Of a DNA stretch of 64,000 nt, positions 39,567 through 52,744 are shown piece by piece; the first letter of the stretch is position 1; every line of letters begins with the position of its first letter. The notes under the pieces are model-generated. The model saw only the letters and a list, made by a program, of their open reading frames with translations, was not told the origin of the DNA and searched no databases. Location: contig NC_045138.2 in assembly GCF_008831285.2 (NCBI RefSeq), positions 25,854,001 to 25,918,000 of the forward strand, written 5' to 3'. Source of the stretch: Nymphaea colorata (lineage: Eukaryota). The position numbers were made by a program, and so were the translations under genes.

Positions 39567-42500
39567 TCAATTGCAGATGAAATTGAGAGAGAATCTCGAT
39601 AGAAGTTCTGGTATGCTGGAAATTATGGGGCCATAAGTCTGCAAAAATGAAGTGCAAAATTCGTGAGAGACAAAATGGCAGCTCCCAAGAGTAGAGAGCG
39701 AGAGAGACATATGCCACCCAATTATCGATCAAATAATTGATATTCGATTTCATAATTTTGGCAGCTCTCAAGAGTAGAATCATTGGTACCTTGGCGTTGT
39801 CATGAAGCTGGAAGAGTGGAACTGCAAGTAACTTCATGTTTTTAGGAACTTTCAATGTCTGACTTGCAGAGTGCTTAACCAAGAACAATTTCAAGCATTC
39901 CTGTAAGAGAAACAGTAACGAGGATCAAATGATTCAAATCTAAATGCCGAACTCTGCAGTTGTGTTGGTTTCTTCACCTTTGGCATCTTTGCGTGAGATG
40001 GGCAATAAGGAAGCATGATGGTATCATAACCAGTCCTCCACCACATGCCAACGCATTCTTCTACCTGATTATATGAAATTTAAAAAAACACTACACGTTG
40101 AATATGACAATAAAAGCCAACAAGAACAAAGAACGGGCTGCCACAGCAGAATAAACCACATGCTTATATTATCCTCTTCAGATCCAGGTATATACTTTAC
40201 TTTAAAGAGTAAGGATAGTGTAATCAAATTGAAAAGGTGAATAGTACATTATCGTAGCCATACTCAAGCTATTAACCTATAGTAATGCTTATCCTCATTG
40301 CAGAAAACCAACGAGGGAGTTACCTGCCACTCCTTCTCTGGGTCAACCGTATCAGGAGAGAGCTTGCTTGATAACTTGCGCTTTAATCCTTCAATTTCTA
40401 AGAAAAGTATGCAGTCACTGCTCATTCAGTTCACCAATCTAAAAAAAAACTCCCTGATGAAAAAAAAGTTTGTTCTATGCCATGTTGCAGTAAAACATAT
40501 GAGTGGCAGCAAAATAGCCATAACTTTGTAAAACACTGAGAAATTTAGACCAGAAAGCAACAAAATATGACCTAAAAATTCATCTTATTTAAGTAACTTT
40601 TGCAAGAGAAACTTATTATTTTCCAATTTCAGACTAGAACTGATTTACCTGTTTCACCAGGCCTTAGACGGCCACCAGGCAGCCTGAAGAAAGAATTTCT
40701 TACTTGCAGAACCAACACATGAGGATGTTTGAACTGCTCGACCTATTACATCATCCATATTTTGATCAATAGAAAGGGAAAGAAATAGAGTGCACAGGAA
40801 AAGGGAGAAAAGGTTAGGTGCACATATTTGTCAAAAATGTTGAAGAAACCAATTTGTATACAAAAGACACTATTAATCTGATTGCAAAATTGTGTGGAAA
40901 GCAAAGCAGAAATGCTATCTGAAATCCCTACAGCATGTTCAGCAGTGGACTATAATGGTGTCCTATATCCAACATTACTCGTAGAAATGATTCTCTCCTC
41001 GCCAATACTGCAACGGACATTCCTAAAATGCTTTAAGTTGCATAAGAGTTTTTCATTCCTGGAAGAAGGAACTGTTTACACTTTTTACCCCAATAGATGC
41101 CATACGGTGAACTAGTTTCAAATAAAAATTTCCCACTTCAAGCAACAAAATCATGGTTTATACAGCCCATTTATTTTGATTTCTTCCATGCCTTTTCTGC
41201 ATTCTTTTGCTCCTATCCTATAGCTGGATTATTTTATGGCACTTCATCTTTCTTTACATGCAAGAGAAGAGTTGTTGATGAGGACTTAAACTACTAAATC
41301 TACATTACCAGGACAAGATGCAACCATTGAAGGACATTTGATTTCTCTTCCTAAGAATGCCAGGAATGGAATGTTCTGTTCCTGGTTTCCTAGAGACTAG
41401 AAGAACAAATGAGGCAATGGCCACTAAACTCAACATGGATCATCTATTTCCTTGACTGCAGAACATGCGCCAACACACCCTGCATTGAACATCCTCCTAG
41501 TGTGAGACATACACATGCAGTGTTGGACACGTTCAGAAAGTAAGAACGACGGCCCTTAAATAAATTTTCTAGTTCTCTGCCTCTGTTTCAGCAGTCATTT
41601 TTGTTTTGTTTGCAACTTATATACTGCCCTTTGTCTTAATGCCTTTAATGTACAGATTCTGTCAATTAAAGTTGTTTACTAAACATAACACAAACTATTT
41701 TTCCCATAAAAATTGTGTTGGCTTGGCTCACGGTTGTTGCGTTGGTTTGTTGCATTATTTGTAAAGTATCCGTTTCTCAGATGCCTCTCTATCCTACGTC
41801 CAAACAACTTGTCAGTTAGATCTTTCATTATACTCAGGAACTTGTGAAATTACAATCACAGAGCCAAGAATAAGCAGGTGGGAACGAGAAAGATTCATGC
41901 AACTACGGTCTAGAACAGGAAGGAAAAACCATCTCCTGCTATGTACCCCGGAAGACAGTGAACAGAAATTATGCAGAAACGAGCATAAGCAGCACAGGCC
42001 TGAAAGAACATAGACATCCCAATCGCGGAACGATTTCCCGAAGAAAGATATCAACCTTCTCTTGGTGTGAAAAGGAAACTCATACACTGATCATCCGTCA
42101 CATCAACATGATAGAAATAAAAAACCAGTCGAGTTAACCATTACTAACCAGAATTATCCCCTCCACGCATCTTCTCAATCCATCTCTCATAAAACTGATA
42201 CACAACAAGTAAAAACTAATTAGCTTGACCCAAGAGAAAAGGATCGCGTCTTCTGCAGATTGGCAGTGCAAATACGCATAGAATTTAAACTGTGGTCGAC
42301 CAAAGAGGAAGAAGAATCGTATAAAAGTACCCTACAGTATATTCCGCACTATTGACATAACGGTTCCAACCAAACACACAATATAGAACAACGCATAAAT
42401 CAAGAAACTCGTTATTTGATATATTTCTGGGTACTTGAAGAGAGTTGACAGAAAAGAGAGACTAACAAATAACAAAAATCATGGGCAGCTCATGATTAAA

Positions 42501-42656
42501 CAGAGAGAGAGAGAGTAGTTGATGAAGGAAACCTCACTTGGATTTCATCCTGAGGATCCTGTCCGACAAGAACTCGTCCTTCTCTTTCTTTGGTTCCTTG
42601 GAGCCGAAGTAGTAGGAGGTCAATGGGTAGACGTCCGCAATTTTCCCAGGCTCCAT
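39567..42656 (-). CDS. CFIS1: Pre-mRNA cleavage factor Im 25 kDa subunit (NUDT21/CFIm25, CFIS1-like)
   Basis: Exons 42656-42538, 42194-42149, 40742-40649, 40397-40324, 40064-39978, 39900-39790, 39638-39567. Motifs VYPLTSYYFGSKE, GLRRCVEGIIL, HPHVLVLQ, FRLPGGRLRPGETEIEGLKRKL, PKNMKLLAVPL and YGPIISSIPELLSRF. Paralog assignment is from recall. Confidence 0.9.
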
Positions 42657-44179
42657 AGCTCTCCTTCTCTCTCTCTCTCTTTTGCTCTAGAGTCTGAAGT
42701 GCGGTTTAGTAACAGAGAAATGGTTCAAATATTGGATCAGGGAAGAAGTTATCAAACGTGGCATAAGACGCGCGATCTCTATCGCGTTGGTGTCTCGTTG
42801 TCGAGGAGACGAAGGTGGAGGGCGCGGCAACAGTCCAAAAGTCAAGCCTCTCTCCGAGCTTCTGGAATTTCTTTTGATTAAAAGAAACCAATTTTTTGGT
42901 GTGCCTTCGAGAATCCGAGCATAGAGAGTTTGCGTAAGTCCACACAAAGGTGTTATCAGCCTGAAAGAAAAAAAGCAAAAGAATTTCTTTTTTAGATTTG
43001 TTACAGAAAAATTCGCTTGATTTATTAAATTATCCTGGCTTCCAACGCTTCCATGAATTTGATGTGGTATTCTTTTGTTTATGTGATAAAAACATTCACC
43101 TTAACATTCACGATTCATCAAACTAAGAATCATCATAGGTAATTTACACACTTAAAATCCTCATTTTACTTTTTCAGATTGAAAAAAGATTTAATCTAAG
43201 TTTAGAATAGAAAAGTCTGATTAAATCCATGATTTTCAAACCTTAAGGATTTTACATAAGGAGCAATCAAACGCCTCATAAAGTTCTCGGGTGTGCTGAG
43301 GCGACACCATTGAATGTTCTTTGAGTGGTAAAACATAGTTTTTCTCTGAAAAACAACATTTAAAACGTATTTAGGCAGCAATCGAAACTAAGCTTTTGAA
43401 GATTTAGCCTCGCATTTTCAAAAGGGCATAAATAACTTAGCTTGCCTCATGTTTTTCATATAAGATTTCATCTTCCTCATATCCCCCAAGTATTCACAAA
43501 AGTTGTTTTTACAAGATGACATTTTAAGCTCTCAGCCATACACAACCATAAAAATTAAAATTTTCAATCTAAATTATTCCCAGTAGCACGCAGAAGTTTC
43601 TGCAGCGGCAGAGTCATACATGCGATTCATGGCCACAAACTCAAAGAGATATTTATTTGGCAAGAATTATTAAAAGTTCAATAGTTTGTCGTTGCTTATA
43701 ATATACGTACAAAAGATGTCCTATTAACACATTACTATTCATTCACAAGATGAACATGCCGTGGTAGACCTGACATATTAAAATAATATCTCTATCTTGC
43801 AGTTCCTTTGTTAGGCGAAATGCTCCTTTCATGTTGGATTTTCTGGACTAATCTTATCGAATGACTCTAGATTCTTCTGCCATTTCTCACCATCCTGCCG
43901 GCAAAATTGTTTGAAGGTCCTTTTACTCACTATTTGATTTCATTAATGGCTCTTCCCACCCAAAAGGAATATTATTTGATATTGGCATCTGTCGTCCAAT
44001 ATCTCTAAGTGGTTCTATATAGATCGTGATTAAGGAATAGCTTTCAACATTAGACATCTCAAGGTGATTCTACATAGGTTTCAATTTAGGATGAAGTTAC
44101 TTCAAAGAGGCCGAAGCTTCTCTCTTTTTTCTCCTCATTCCTAGGTTCAGGACTGTTTCATAATCTGGGTGGGGAGTGG

Positions 44180-44305
44180 GGTACCCGTGAAGTAAATGTC
44201 GTGTATCTACCATTTGTAGTTCAAGAAAATAGCGCCCATGAGAATGGAATTGATGATTGATAGTTCACCATTCTGTCAGCCCGACCAGCTACACTATACT
44301 CCTTG
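44180..44305 (-). mobile_element. tRNA-derived SINE-like copy 1 (degenerate)
   Basis: Minus strand has an A-box-like TAGCTGGTCGG (44291-44281) and a degenerate B-box, then TGGGCGCTATTTTCTTGAAC shared with the copies at about 49570 and 52780. Confidence 0.5.
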
Positions 44306-44921
44306 AGGCCGGTGGACAGGGGTTGTAAATAAGTAAAAAAAAAAAAAACACATGGAAAGCGTTGTTTGGATATTATATCAAAAAGATGGAAATGGCAATG
44401 CCACTTCTTTGTTGGTTCTTGATTTACATTAAAAGGATTTCTTTGTGTATTAAACATATGCCAAATGTTTTTCAAAGTTGTCTTCACTGGAAAATGCATT
44501 GCACAATATTATGTTTGTAATGAAATATATTCAATTTTGATCCGCTTTGAGCAAATCCAAGTACTCCTAGCTTTCTTGTGGCTTCACTGGTTTAGATCAG
44601 AGAAATAATGAAAGTCATCATGCCAAATCATATTTTGCATGATTATATCATTTTTATTTGTTGTGATGGTTAATCTCCTACACCTCCCCCACTGTGCTTG
44701 AAGGAAGAATTAAAATAAGTAGAGCTTTGGAGTAATTTATGAATATATGAAAATCTTTGAGTGTCTATTGATTGTTATAAGTATTTCCTTTTGTTTTTGT
44801 GTCACCATTGTATTGGTGTTGTTGGTGCTATCATCCAAAGCTGTCTGTTCAGTTTTACAAAGAGATTCATCCATATTTTTTACCTGCTAATTTCACAAAT
44901 GTTCACATACACAGTGTCTGT

Positions 44922-44922
<1 letters not shown>

Positions 44923-44954
<32 letters not shown>
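44923..44954. repeat. (AG)n microsatellite
   Basis: Direct dinucleotide run. Confidence 0.95.
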
Positions 44955-44958
<4 letters not shown>

Positions 44959-45356
44959 ACCCATATGAAAAAAAGAAGAATTAAAGGACCATGCTTGCTA
45001 TGAGACCCATCTTTAGAAATCAGGAACCAAGCTTGATTAACCTGTTTGTTATTTCTCCTACTGTCTTTTCCCATACATTTCATCTTTGTAGAGGTGAAGC
45101 CAAAAAATTTTATCTAAGAGGGACGCTATCATTTATAAAAATTTATAGGAAGGCGTAAAGGATATATATATATATATATATATATAATCACAAATTATTT
45201 TGTCATTTTTTAAAATTTCAAAGGAGAGAAGGGGGGATTAAACCTGCAGAATTACCTGCTGCTAACGATGGCAATGCTTAACATCAAGGGGCGAGCCTTT
45301 TTCCGACTGACAGTCTAAATAAATGAACTTTGTCTGGTTGCGCGCCCAAGTTTAAC

Positions 45357-45947
45357 TAAGAGGGAGTTTGAATGACTCTGAACTGAGACCAAATTTTATT
45401 CAAGATCTTGAGATCTGTGAGATACATGGTTTTCAACAGGGATTATAAATCCCCTGTTCGAAATACCTGAATTACATTCCTCTATTGATCCTTGATTCGT
45501 AGATCTGGAGTTAGACCCTTCCACTGACTATACATCCTCGGGCTTGAAAGTAAATGGTAATCTTAAATCCATGTTTGGGCAAAACAGACCCCCAAAAATT
45601 TGAGATTTGGGGTAATCAAGCACGCCTTAATGTTGTGTTTGATTACCTTGAATCTTAGATCCAAGGTGATTCAAGATCTTAAGATACTAACTTCATTGCT
45701 TATAGGTCTTTGATTTCCAACAAGGATCTAAGGTTCCATGTTTGAAAGATGCAAGCGTTACATCATGCAATAAGCAAACTTTGCATCTCGAAATCAACCC
45801 CTTTCCTCTGACTTAAAACCTGTCGATTTAAGGCATAATGGTGATCTTAAACCTACAGTACTTAGATCTGTAGCTTGTTAGAACCATGGGTTTAAGTTGG
45901 ATGGGAGCCTGTTCAAGCGGACCCAGGATAATCTAACGCTCCCTTAT
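45357..45947. mobile_element. Two adjacent Tourist-like MITE remnants
   Basis: Termini GAGGGAGTTTGAAT...TAATCAAGCACGCCTTAA and GTGTTTTGATTACC...ATAATCTAACGCTCCCTTA. The two share internal TTCAAGATCTT(G/A)AGAT and GGTRATCTTAAA blocks. Confidence 0.5.
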
Positions 45948-48453
45948 GTCTAACAAGGCAGTTTCTTACCTTTCATGAAGTTCGGATGGGTCGATTTCAC
46001 ATTAAAATTCATTACATTAGCAGACAGCAGACTTGAGAATCAAGGATTTAAGATCCCCATTATTCTCCAAATCTGTAAATCTCTGGTCAGATGAAAGAGA
46101 GGAGGGTGTTGCTTTCACTTGATTAGATCCCTGAAGATTCATGAACTAAACTTGGAATTCATGGATTTTTCCCACCAGATGATCGGTCATCAATTTGGCA
46201 TCCTAAAATATAAGATCCCACCAACGTCCCGCATCACCAAGCAGATGCCCCTTAAGGTGTCCTTGACATTACTGGAATCAACATTATTCTGCAGGACATG
46301 GCTGTGATTCATAAGGAAGGACATTGTGCTGGTACTCTGCAACTCATCTATCGATAAAGTTGCCTTATCTTAGACTGAGGTACTGATGATGGTAGTAGAG
46401 AAGTACCACTTAGAGGGAAAGAGAGAACCGAGTTCTTGATATTTGAAACTCTTTACAGGAGTAGGCACAACTTTTCACAGGATAGACAAAGAAACGATCG
46501 GTTTTGAATTTTTTTTATTAACAACCAGAAATACAAAAGAAGGCAGTTAAATGAAAGAAATTCAAAACTTTTTTTATCTCTGCACTTTGATGGAATGTGG
46601 GATTAGGTTGTCCCAAACTCCTGCCTTATTAAAGGGCCTTCAGTGAAGACTCATAGCAGCTGTGCATGTAAGAAGACCTTGGTCTGTCTGCTTTATTCTC
46701 TTCTTCTTGATCTTCTTCGAGTGCTGAACAGGCACTTTTTATCATAAGAAATTGAGCACCTTTGCTGTAAAAATTTCCATTACAACTACTGTGTTCTGTA
46801 GTTTTGAACTCTGAGATTCTTTAGCTGTACTTAACCTGATTCAAACCCAATTTTCTATGAACTCAGCTGATCTGCAGATGAGCCATTTACACGTATATCA
46901 ATAGCAGACCTGCCAAGGTGATCATCATTGGATGCCTTTTATTCCGAATAATTGCAACGGAAACCGTGCAAAGCTTGGGAAAATATTTCTTGAATAGGGC
47001 AAGCACCCCTTCCCTTTTTTACTCTTTTGAGCAGCAAAGTGCAAAGAAGTGATGCTTTAATTCAATGGCTTTCTTTTTATACAACCTTAGTGAGCAAGTT
47101 TTCATCAATCATTAGGGCATTCCCACCAAGAGATTCTCTTGTTTTATTTAATCTTCACCGTACACTCGACCAAGATGGCCATGGGCTCTACTTTTTATGG
47201 CTATTCATGAGTAAGAAATCAGTGATATATATGATGCATGGTCTATGGGGATTTGGAATATAAGCATCCATGGGATTACATACAATATGATATATCTGCC
47301 CTTAACAAGGCCAAGATCAATGACAGGAATATATGAGAGAAAGATATCGAACATCTTAGCTTGAACTTAGAGCTGCGATACGCTGTTCATAGTCGGCAAT
47401 CCTGCTAGAGATCCTCGAACGTCATCATCTTCTCTATTTTTCTGTTTCATGGAAGAGCTTCACATGCAGGGTCATCTTGGCTTAGCTTAAGAGAGAAGAT
47501 ATTCACTACCATATTTGAACGTCAGACATGGAACAAACACAATCAAGTATTCGTCATTTGGAGGAACAACACTGGCGTCTTGCTTCGACATGTATGCTCC
47601 ACCACCAGCACGGCGAGCTCGAACTCCGAGATCTGTGGTTATGCCAACCCCATTAGTGATATTTCTTTAATATTTGCTTCCTAATCGAGGTTGGTGTTAA
47701 TGAATCCACTTCATTAATGCATCCACTACAACGGGTTTTTCTTTTGGGGGAAAGGTGAAAAGAAGTTGACATTCAATAGTGTTTAGGATTACAAACTTCT
47801 GCTCTTTCTCTCTCTAACTTAGCTGCAATCCTTATAGTAGTTAAACAGATAATGTCTCCTGGCGACTCCTCAGCACAAAAGAAGATATGATCTCGGGGGT
47901 CCATGGCTTCCATACATGCTACCTTCTCACCCAACGTCCCCTTTACAAAAGAGCCAGAAACAAGTGCCTGTAATTATGGTTTCTACAGACAGCCATGAAA
48001 AAAATTATTCCATATGTAAAAAGATCAAAACAATACAATATTTTCAATGTCGGGAAGTAGGTGGGACTTGGCCAAGTTGACGATTCCCGCTGCAACTGGT
48101 TTTCAGGAACGCTGTCTGACCAAGGCCAGGAAGTCCCAGTTTTTCCTAATTTGAGTTTTTCACGAGCTTGATCATATTTCAGGTTAGGTCCAGGCATGCA
48201 AGACCTTGATTTTGTTGGTTTTTGTTTGAAAAAGAAGAGGTTCTTGAATTCGTGCTAAGAAAATGTGTGCTGATGATATGGTAATAATATGGAGTGCATA
48301 TATGTCACACATGATCACCTGCATGGTTATCATATTCAAGGCAGGACTCCCCACGCAACTATCTGGAACTTGGTGCAGGGAGCCAGGGACATTGTGATTC
48401 CAATTCACATTTTTATATGTTCTGTACTTTGCATTGGAAACATCTCTGTGTGC

Positions 48454-48487
<34 letters not shown>

Positions 48488-48586
48488 CACACAAGCAATT
48501 TAGCCGCCTGTTTATGCAACTAAGAGAGCTGCATCGCATTCGTTCCTCTTTTGCTTTTGCCAATCACTATAAACTATGGGCACGAG

Positions 48587-48626
<40 letters not shown>

Positions 48627-49534
48627 TTGTTAAGTTGGCATGATGAGTAACACAAAAATGAAAAAGCATTGCAGCATTATTGCAAAGTAAAGTAGTAAAC
48701 ATCCCCCTCTTTATTGTAGTGCAAATTAAGTACTCTTAGTGGAAGGACTACTTAGGATATAGAACCAATTTTGTGCCATGTAGGGCCACCATTGCTTCTT
48801 CTTCCCTCATTTTCATCCAATCGCGGTGCGCCACCTCGAGCGCACCCGTCCGGCACGTCCACGTCGTCGTCGACGAAATGACAAAGGGGTTTCCAGGTCT
48901 TGAGAAGAACTTAGTCAATATGTATGAGCTTTCATTAAAGAATGCATCCACAAAGCTGAATATTAGGGAAAAGACGCCAATTAAGAGACATAAGTGAGTA
49001 TTAAAGTGTGTTCACATATCAGAATATTGACTATGAGGTTGGTAGCTCTGTGAAGAAAGGCATATTATGAAAGTGAAGTGCTGAATTTGTCTGCCTTTCT
49101 TCTAAAGCTTCCAAATGATCACCAATATAAAAACGAGCAGAATGCAAGGGAAAGGCACAGTTTAGGGTTTATGAATGATAAAAGAACTCCGGTGAAAGGA
49201 AGTGGGGATGACCCACGGATCACACCCTCTTTCCGTCGAATCCCCTAAACTAAGGCCAACTTAATGCCCGAACGAATAAACTAGGGAATAAATACAGATT
49301 TTAAGTGGTATGTACACATGATGATAATAAACAATCGAAATTTGAATAACCGGGGACTCACTGTACTCGTGGTACCAATAAATAATATTTGAGATCCAAA
49401 ACTTAAGGTCTAAATCAAATAATGGAAGCAAGACAATGCAACAGGAGAGGATGAAATTAAATAGTGTAAGGTTTTAATATATATATATATATATTATACC
49501 TAATAGGTCTACTCCGGTTCACAAAGATCCGAAA

Positions 49535-49650
49535 CATCTTGTCATGATCTCACCTTTTACGGTTCAGGAAAATGACACCCACAAGAATCGAACATGCAAT
49601 ATGCCTACTATACTCCTGTCTGTCGGACTAGCTAAACTTCCCACACGGCC
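49535..49650 (-). mobile_element. tRNA-derived SINE-like copy 2 (best preserved)
   Basis: Minus strand has an A-box-like TAGCTAGTCCG (49634-49624) and a B-box GTTCGATTC (49593-49585) about 30 nt downstream, then a non-tRNA body TTGTGGGTGTCATTTTCCTGAACCGTAAAAGGTGAGATCATGAC. Confidence 0.6.
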
Positions 49651-49659
49651 TACATGTAA

Positions 49660-50512
49660 AGATAAACGGATCTGAATCTCAATTGAACCAGGTAGAGAGT
49701 TTAAGTGACTGAATCTGAATCTCAAGCCCGATAAAGATCGGACCTGATTATACATAAACTTCAGGTCCTACTCTTTGTCAGATTTGCATTCGGTTTAAAA
49801 AATTCAAGTCCAAGCCTGAAGTTCCAATCAAATCGGATCTATTAAAAAGCAGACCCGGGACGAGCTTGAACTATTTACGTCCCCACTTAGCTCTACTGTC
49901 ATTATGGAATCTAGATATTGAATCTGAACACAGCCACAGCAAACTCTGGACCGGGTCTAATGGGCACCCAAATCCAAACAGAATCCAAACCATTTATATC
50001 CATAAGCCATGCTTAATTTGCTTGAATGGATCTGAATCCAGGATGAAATGGTAGATGTTGGATCTGAACAATTACAAAAGAGGCTTTTGGAGTGTAGCAA
50101 TAATTCACCTGTACCGGGTCATGTCAACCAACAAAGATGGGACCTTCTTGAGCCCCAAAACATTCACCAGCTGCTTCTCTTCTTTTCATCATGCAATCTC
50201 CAAAATATTCTCCTTTCTCAAAAAAAAAATGTATTTTTTTCTTTTCTTTTTTCCCATATGGTATCTTAAAAGTCCATGCCTACCCATTTAAAAGGCTGGG
50301 ATTCATCACATCTGGTGGGTCTAATGTGGATCTGATACTTGAGGTACTGATACCAAATCCGAACCCGGCCCAATCAGACCAAAAAACACATGCAGCTGTC
50401 TCTTTTAGGGATTATGTAGACCAGATCCGAAATCTATGTGGTAAAGTTAACGCTGAAAGTTTTTAAATCCGAATCAGATATCATAATGGGACCTGGATCC
50501 GGCCCCCCTATG
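49660..50512. mobile_element. Degenerate non-autonomous DNA-transposon debris rich in GGATCTGAATCC/GGATCC subterminal-type motifs
   Basis: Repeated GGATCT/GATCCG/AATCCG motifs, ending in GGCCCCCCTA (hAT-like terminus) at about 50510. Confidence 0.4.
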
Positions 50513-52744
50513 CTGATCCTGGATTTGAGAAAACAAATGCTTGATGAAAAAGTGGTTTCCGTCTGATTTCGCTTTAGTTTAATCACATGTGGCTTTTGGA
50601 TTCATTGATAGAGGCAGATCTGGTCGGATGATTATAAATATACTATTTCAAAATTTATTTACCAGTTGGTTCATGTGCTTGTGTAGTGCTCAGACCTAGC
50701 CAGATGCTTTAGTTGGACCCAGATCTCATGTTAGGGGGAGGCCGGCTTCTACCACTGTTGTGAAAATCGGAAACTGAATCGAATCGGCCGAGCCGCGGAT
50801 TCAGTGAAACAGAAAGGCTCATGCTAGGCCTGCTTGAACTGATGAGCTCTAACAATTCCGTGAGGTCAATTGCCCACACATAACTCACACCTACTACCTC
50901 AACCCGCAATCGAATCGGTGAATTGACCGATTCGAGCTGGGAAGGTCAACTCTGCTGCGCCAATGGTGATCCACATAAAGAAGCTAAAAAGTTGCTGCAA
51001 CGTGCTGGTCTGGTCCTCAACTGGCGCTCCCAATTATAAAAAGGTGACCGATCTTACCTTTCCATAAAGGAAAGAGCCGTAGGCAAATTTATATATCTAT
51101 ATATCTCCACCCATGTGGTTGCTTGTGATACCAACATATACGCTTGTTTACTGTAAACTCAACTTGAGAGAAAAAAAAAAAATCCCATCCATTTCTTCTC
51201 ACGAATTCCCTGATATTGACAAGAATCTTGTGGAGTTTAATGCTGAGTTTCTTCAGTTTTGTGTGAAATATGATGGGGAAGCTCTTTCGTAGCAAAAAGA
51301 AGGAAAGATGACATTATATGCTTCGTGATATTTTCTTATGAAAACAAACAAAGCTCTTAAGATTTTTGAGTAATCAAGTGAGCAAATTGAAAAGGGTAGA
51401 CTTAACTTCAGCGTTTAATGTTTTGAATTGATTAAAATGGTGAACGTAAGCTCAGACTATGTCCTTATTTAAGATATAAGTGAACTCTAGTCAATTGCTT
51501 CTGTAAGATATCACATTATTTACTATAGGGGGACATTTAATTTTCTACTAAAGTCAAAGCTGGGTATTGTCATCAAGAGACTTCCTTCCTCATGATGTCG
51601 CACTACATGCATGCATGCACACACACATACATATATATATATACATATATTCACATATACACGTGCAGGTGAACACTGAAAAAACTGACGCGTGTGCGGA
51701 TGCTAGCATGCAGCCATAACTAGGAACGTGGTGTTCCATAGGTGGCGAGGTTTTTATTTTGTTTTTATGCTCCACGTAAAGGAACAACAAATTAATAACC
51801 TTTCAGTGGGCGGGCGGAGGCACATGTGAGCTTGTATAGGCAACTGTCCGCATAGACCTATATAAATTGCTCATTAATTTACCAAGGCATCATAACTATT
51901 TACTTATTTATACATCGATTGCCTTTTAAAAGTTTACAATTTGAAGTGTTAGTGTCCTTCGGCCTAACATATTAGATTGCTACCCATTTTATATTACAAA
52001 GTCGTGCGACTGTAAGAGCTTTTCATCTAATTAAAAATATTCCATTATGTGGTTCATTTTCTTAGACGACTCAACGAGATGAAACCAAGTTATTTCATCG
52101 AGTATTTTGGGCTGACTTGAGGTAATATAAAAGAATTGAAGGAGGCTCCTCAAGATGCATCACATGTAGAACCTGAGGTTAAAGAATAAATAAATAAGAG
52201 TGCGAACTGTCGTTCTGCAAAAAGAGTACATGAAATTTGAAGGCATTAGGTGACACTCCTCCCTGCGCCCTATACTCATAGCAATTTGGGACATTTTATG
52301 TAGAGTGCAAGACCAAGCGCACATATCCCAAAGCACCAGCTATTTCAATGATATAATATTGCATACACCAAAAGACTCATTTACTAGGAATATAATAGCT
52401 CAATGGCGTCACATCTCTCAATAATGTAACATTCAAAAAAAAAAAAAGGCGTTCATTAATTTTTCCAAGGTGAATAAAAAAAAGCGAACTTTTGCCTTTG
52501 AACTTGCTAGACCAAGTTTCATTTTTCTTACACTATTCTTCGTTTTATACACAAGCTTGCCAAGATTTTACTTTACAAATCAAAGAGAAGTCTTTCCATG
52601 GTTAGTTAGTACTGCTGCACATTGATGAACTTTTAACCTCTTTGGATGAAGAAGGTGTTAACAGTCCACTGCTCGAAGAAGACCCAAAATGGCCTTTCCC
52701 CGCCAATTTTCTCTTCCTCTCTGAGGTTTTGGGCTGCGTACGTG

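Noticed and set aside
1626..42656. Possible functional gene cluster (chromatin: MIS12/PHD/SET; plastid: CAS/pTAC14)
   Set aside because: The genes act in different compartments and pathways. The arrangement looks like ordinary gene-dense euchromatin.
48366..48392. TGGTGCAGGGAGCCAGGGA resembles a miR160 target or star sequence, and CTTGGTGCAGG matches part of miR168
   Set aside because: The matches are partial, there is no complementary arm for a precursor hairpin and there is no ARF coding context.
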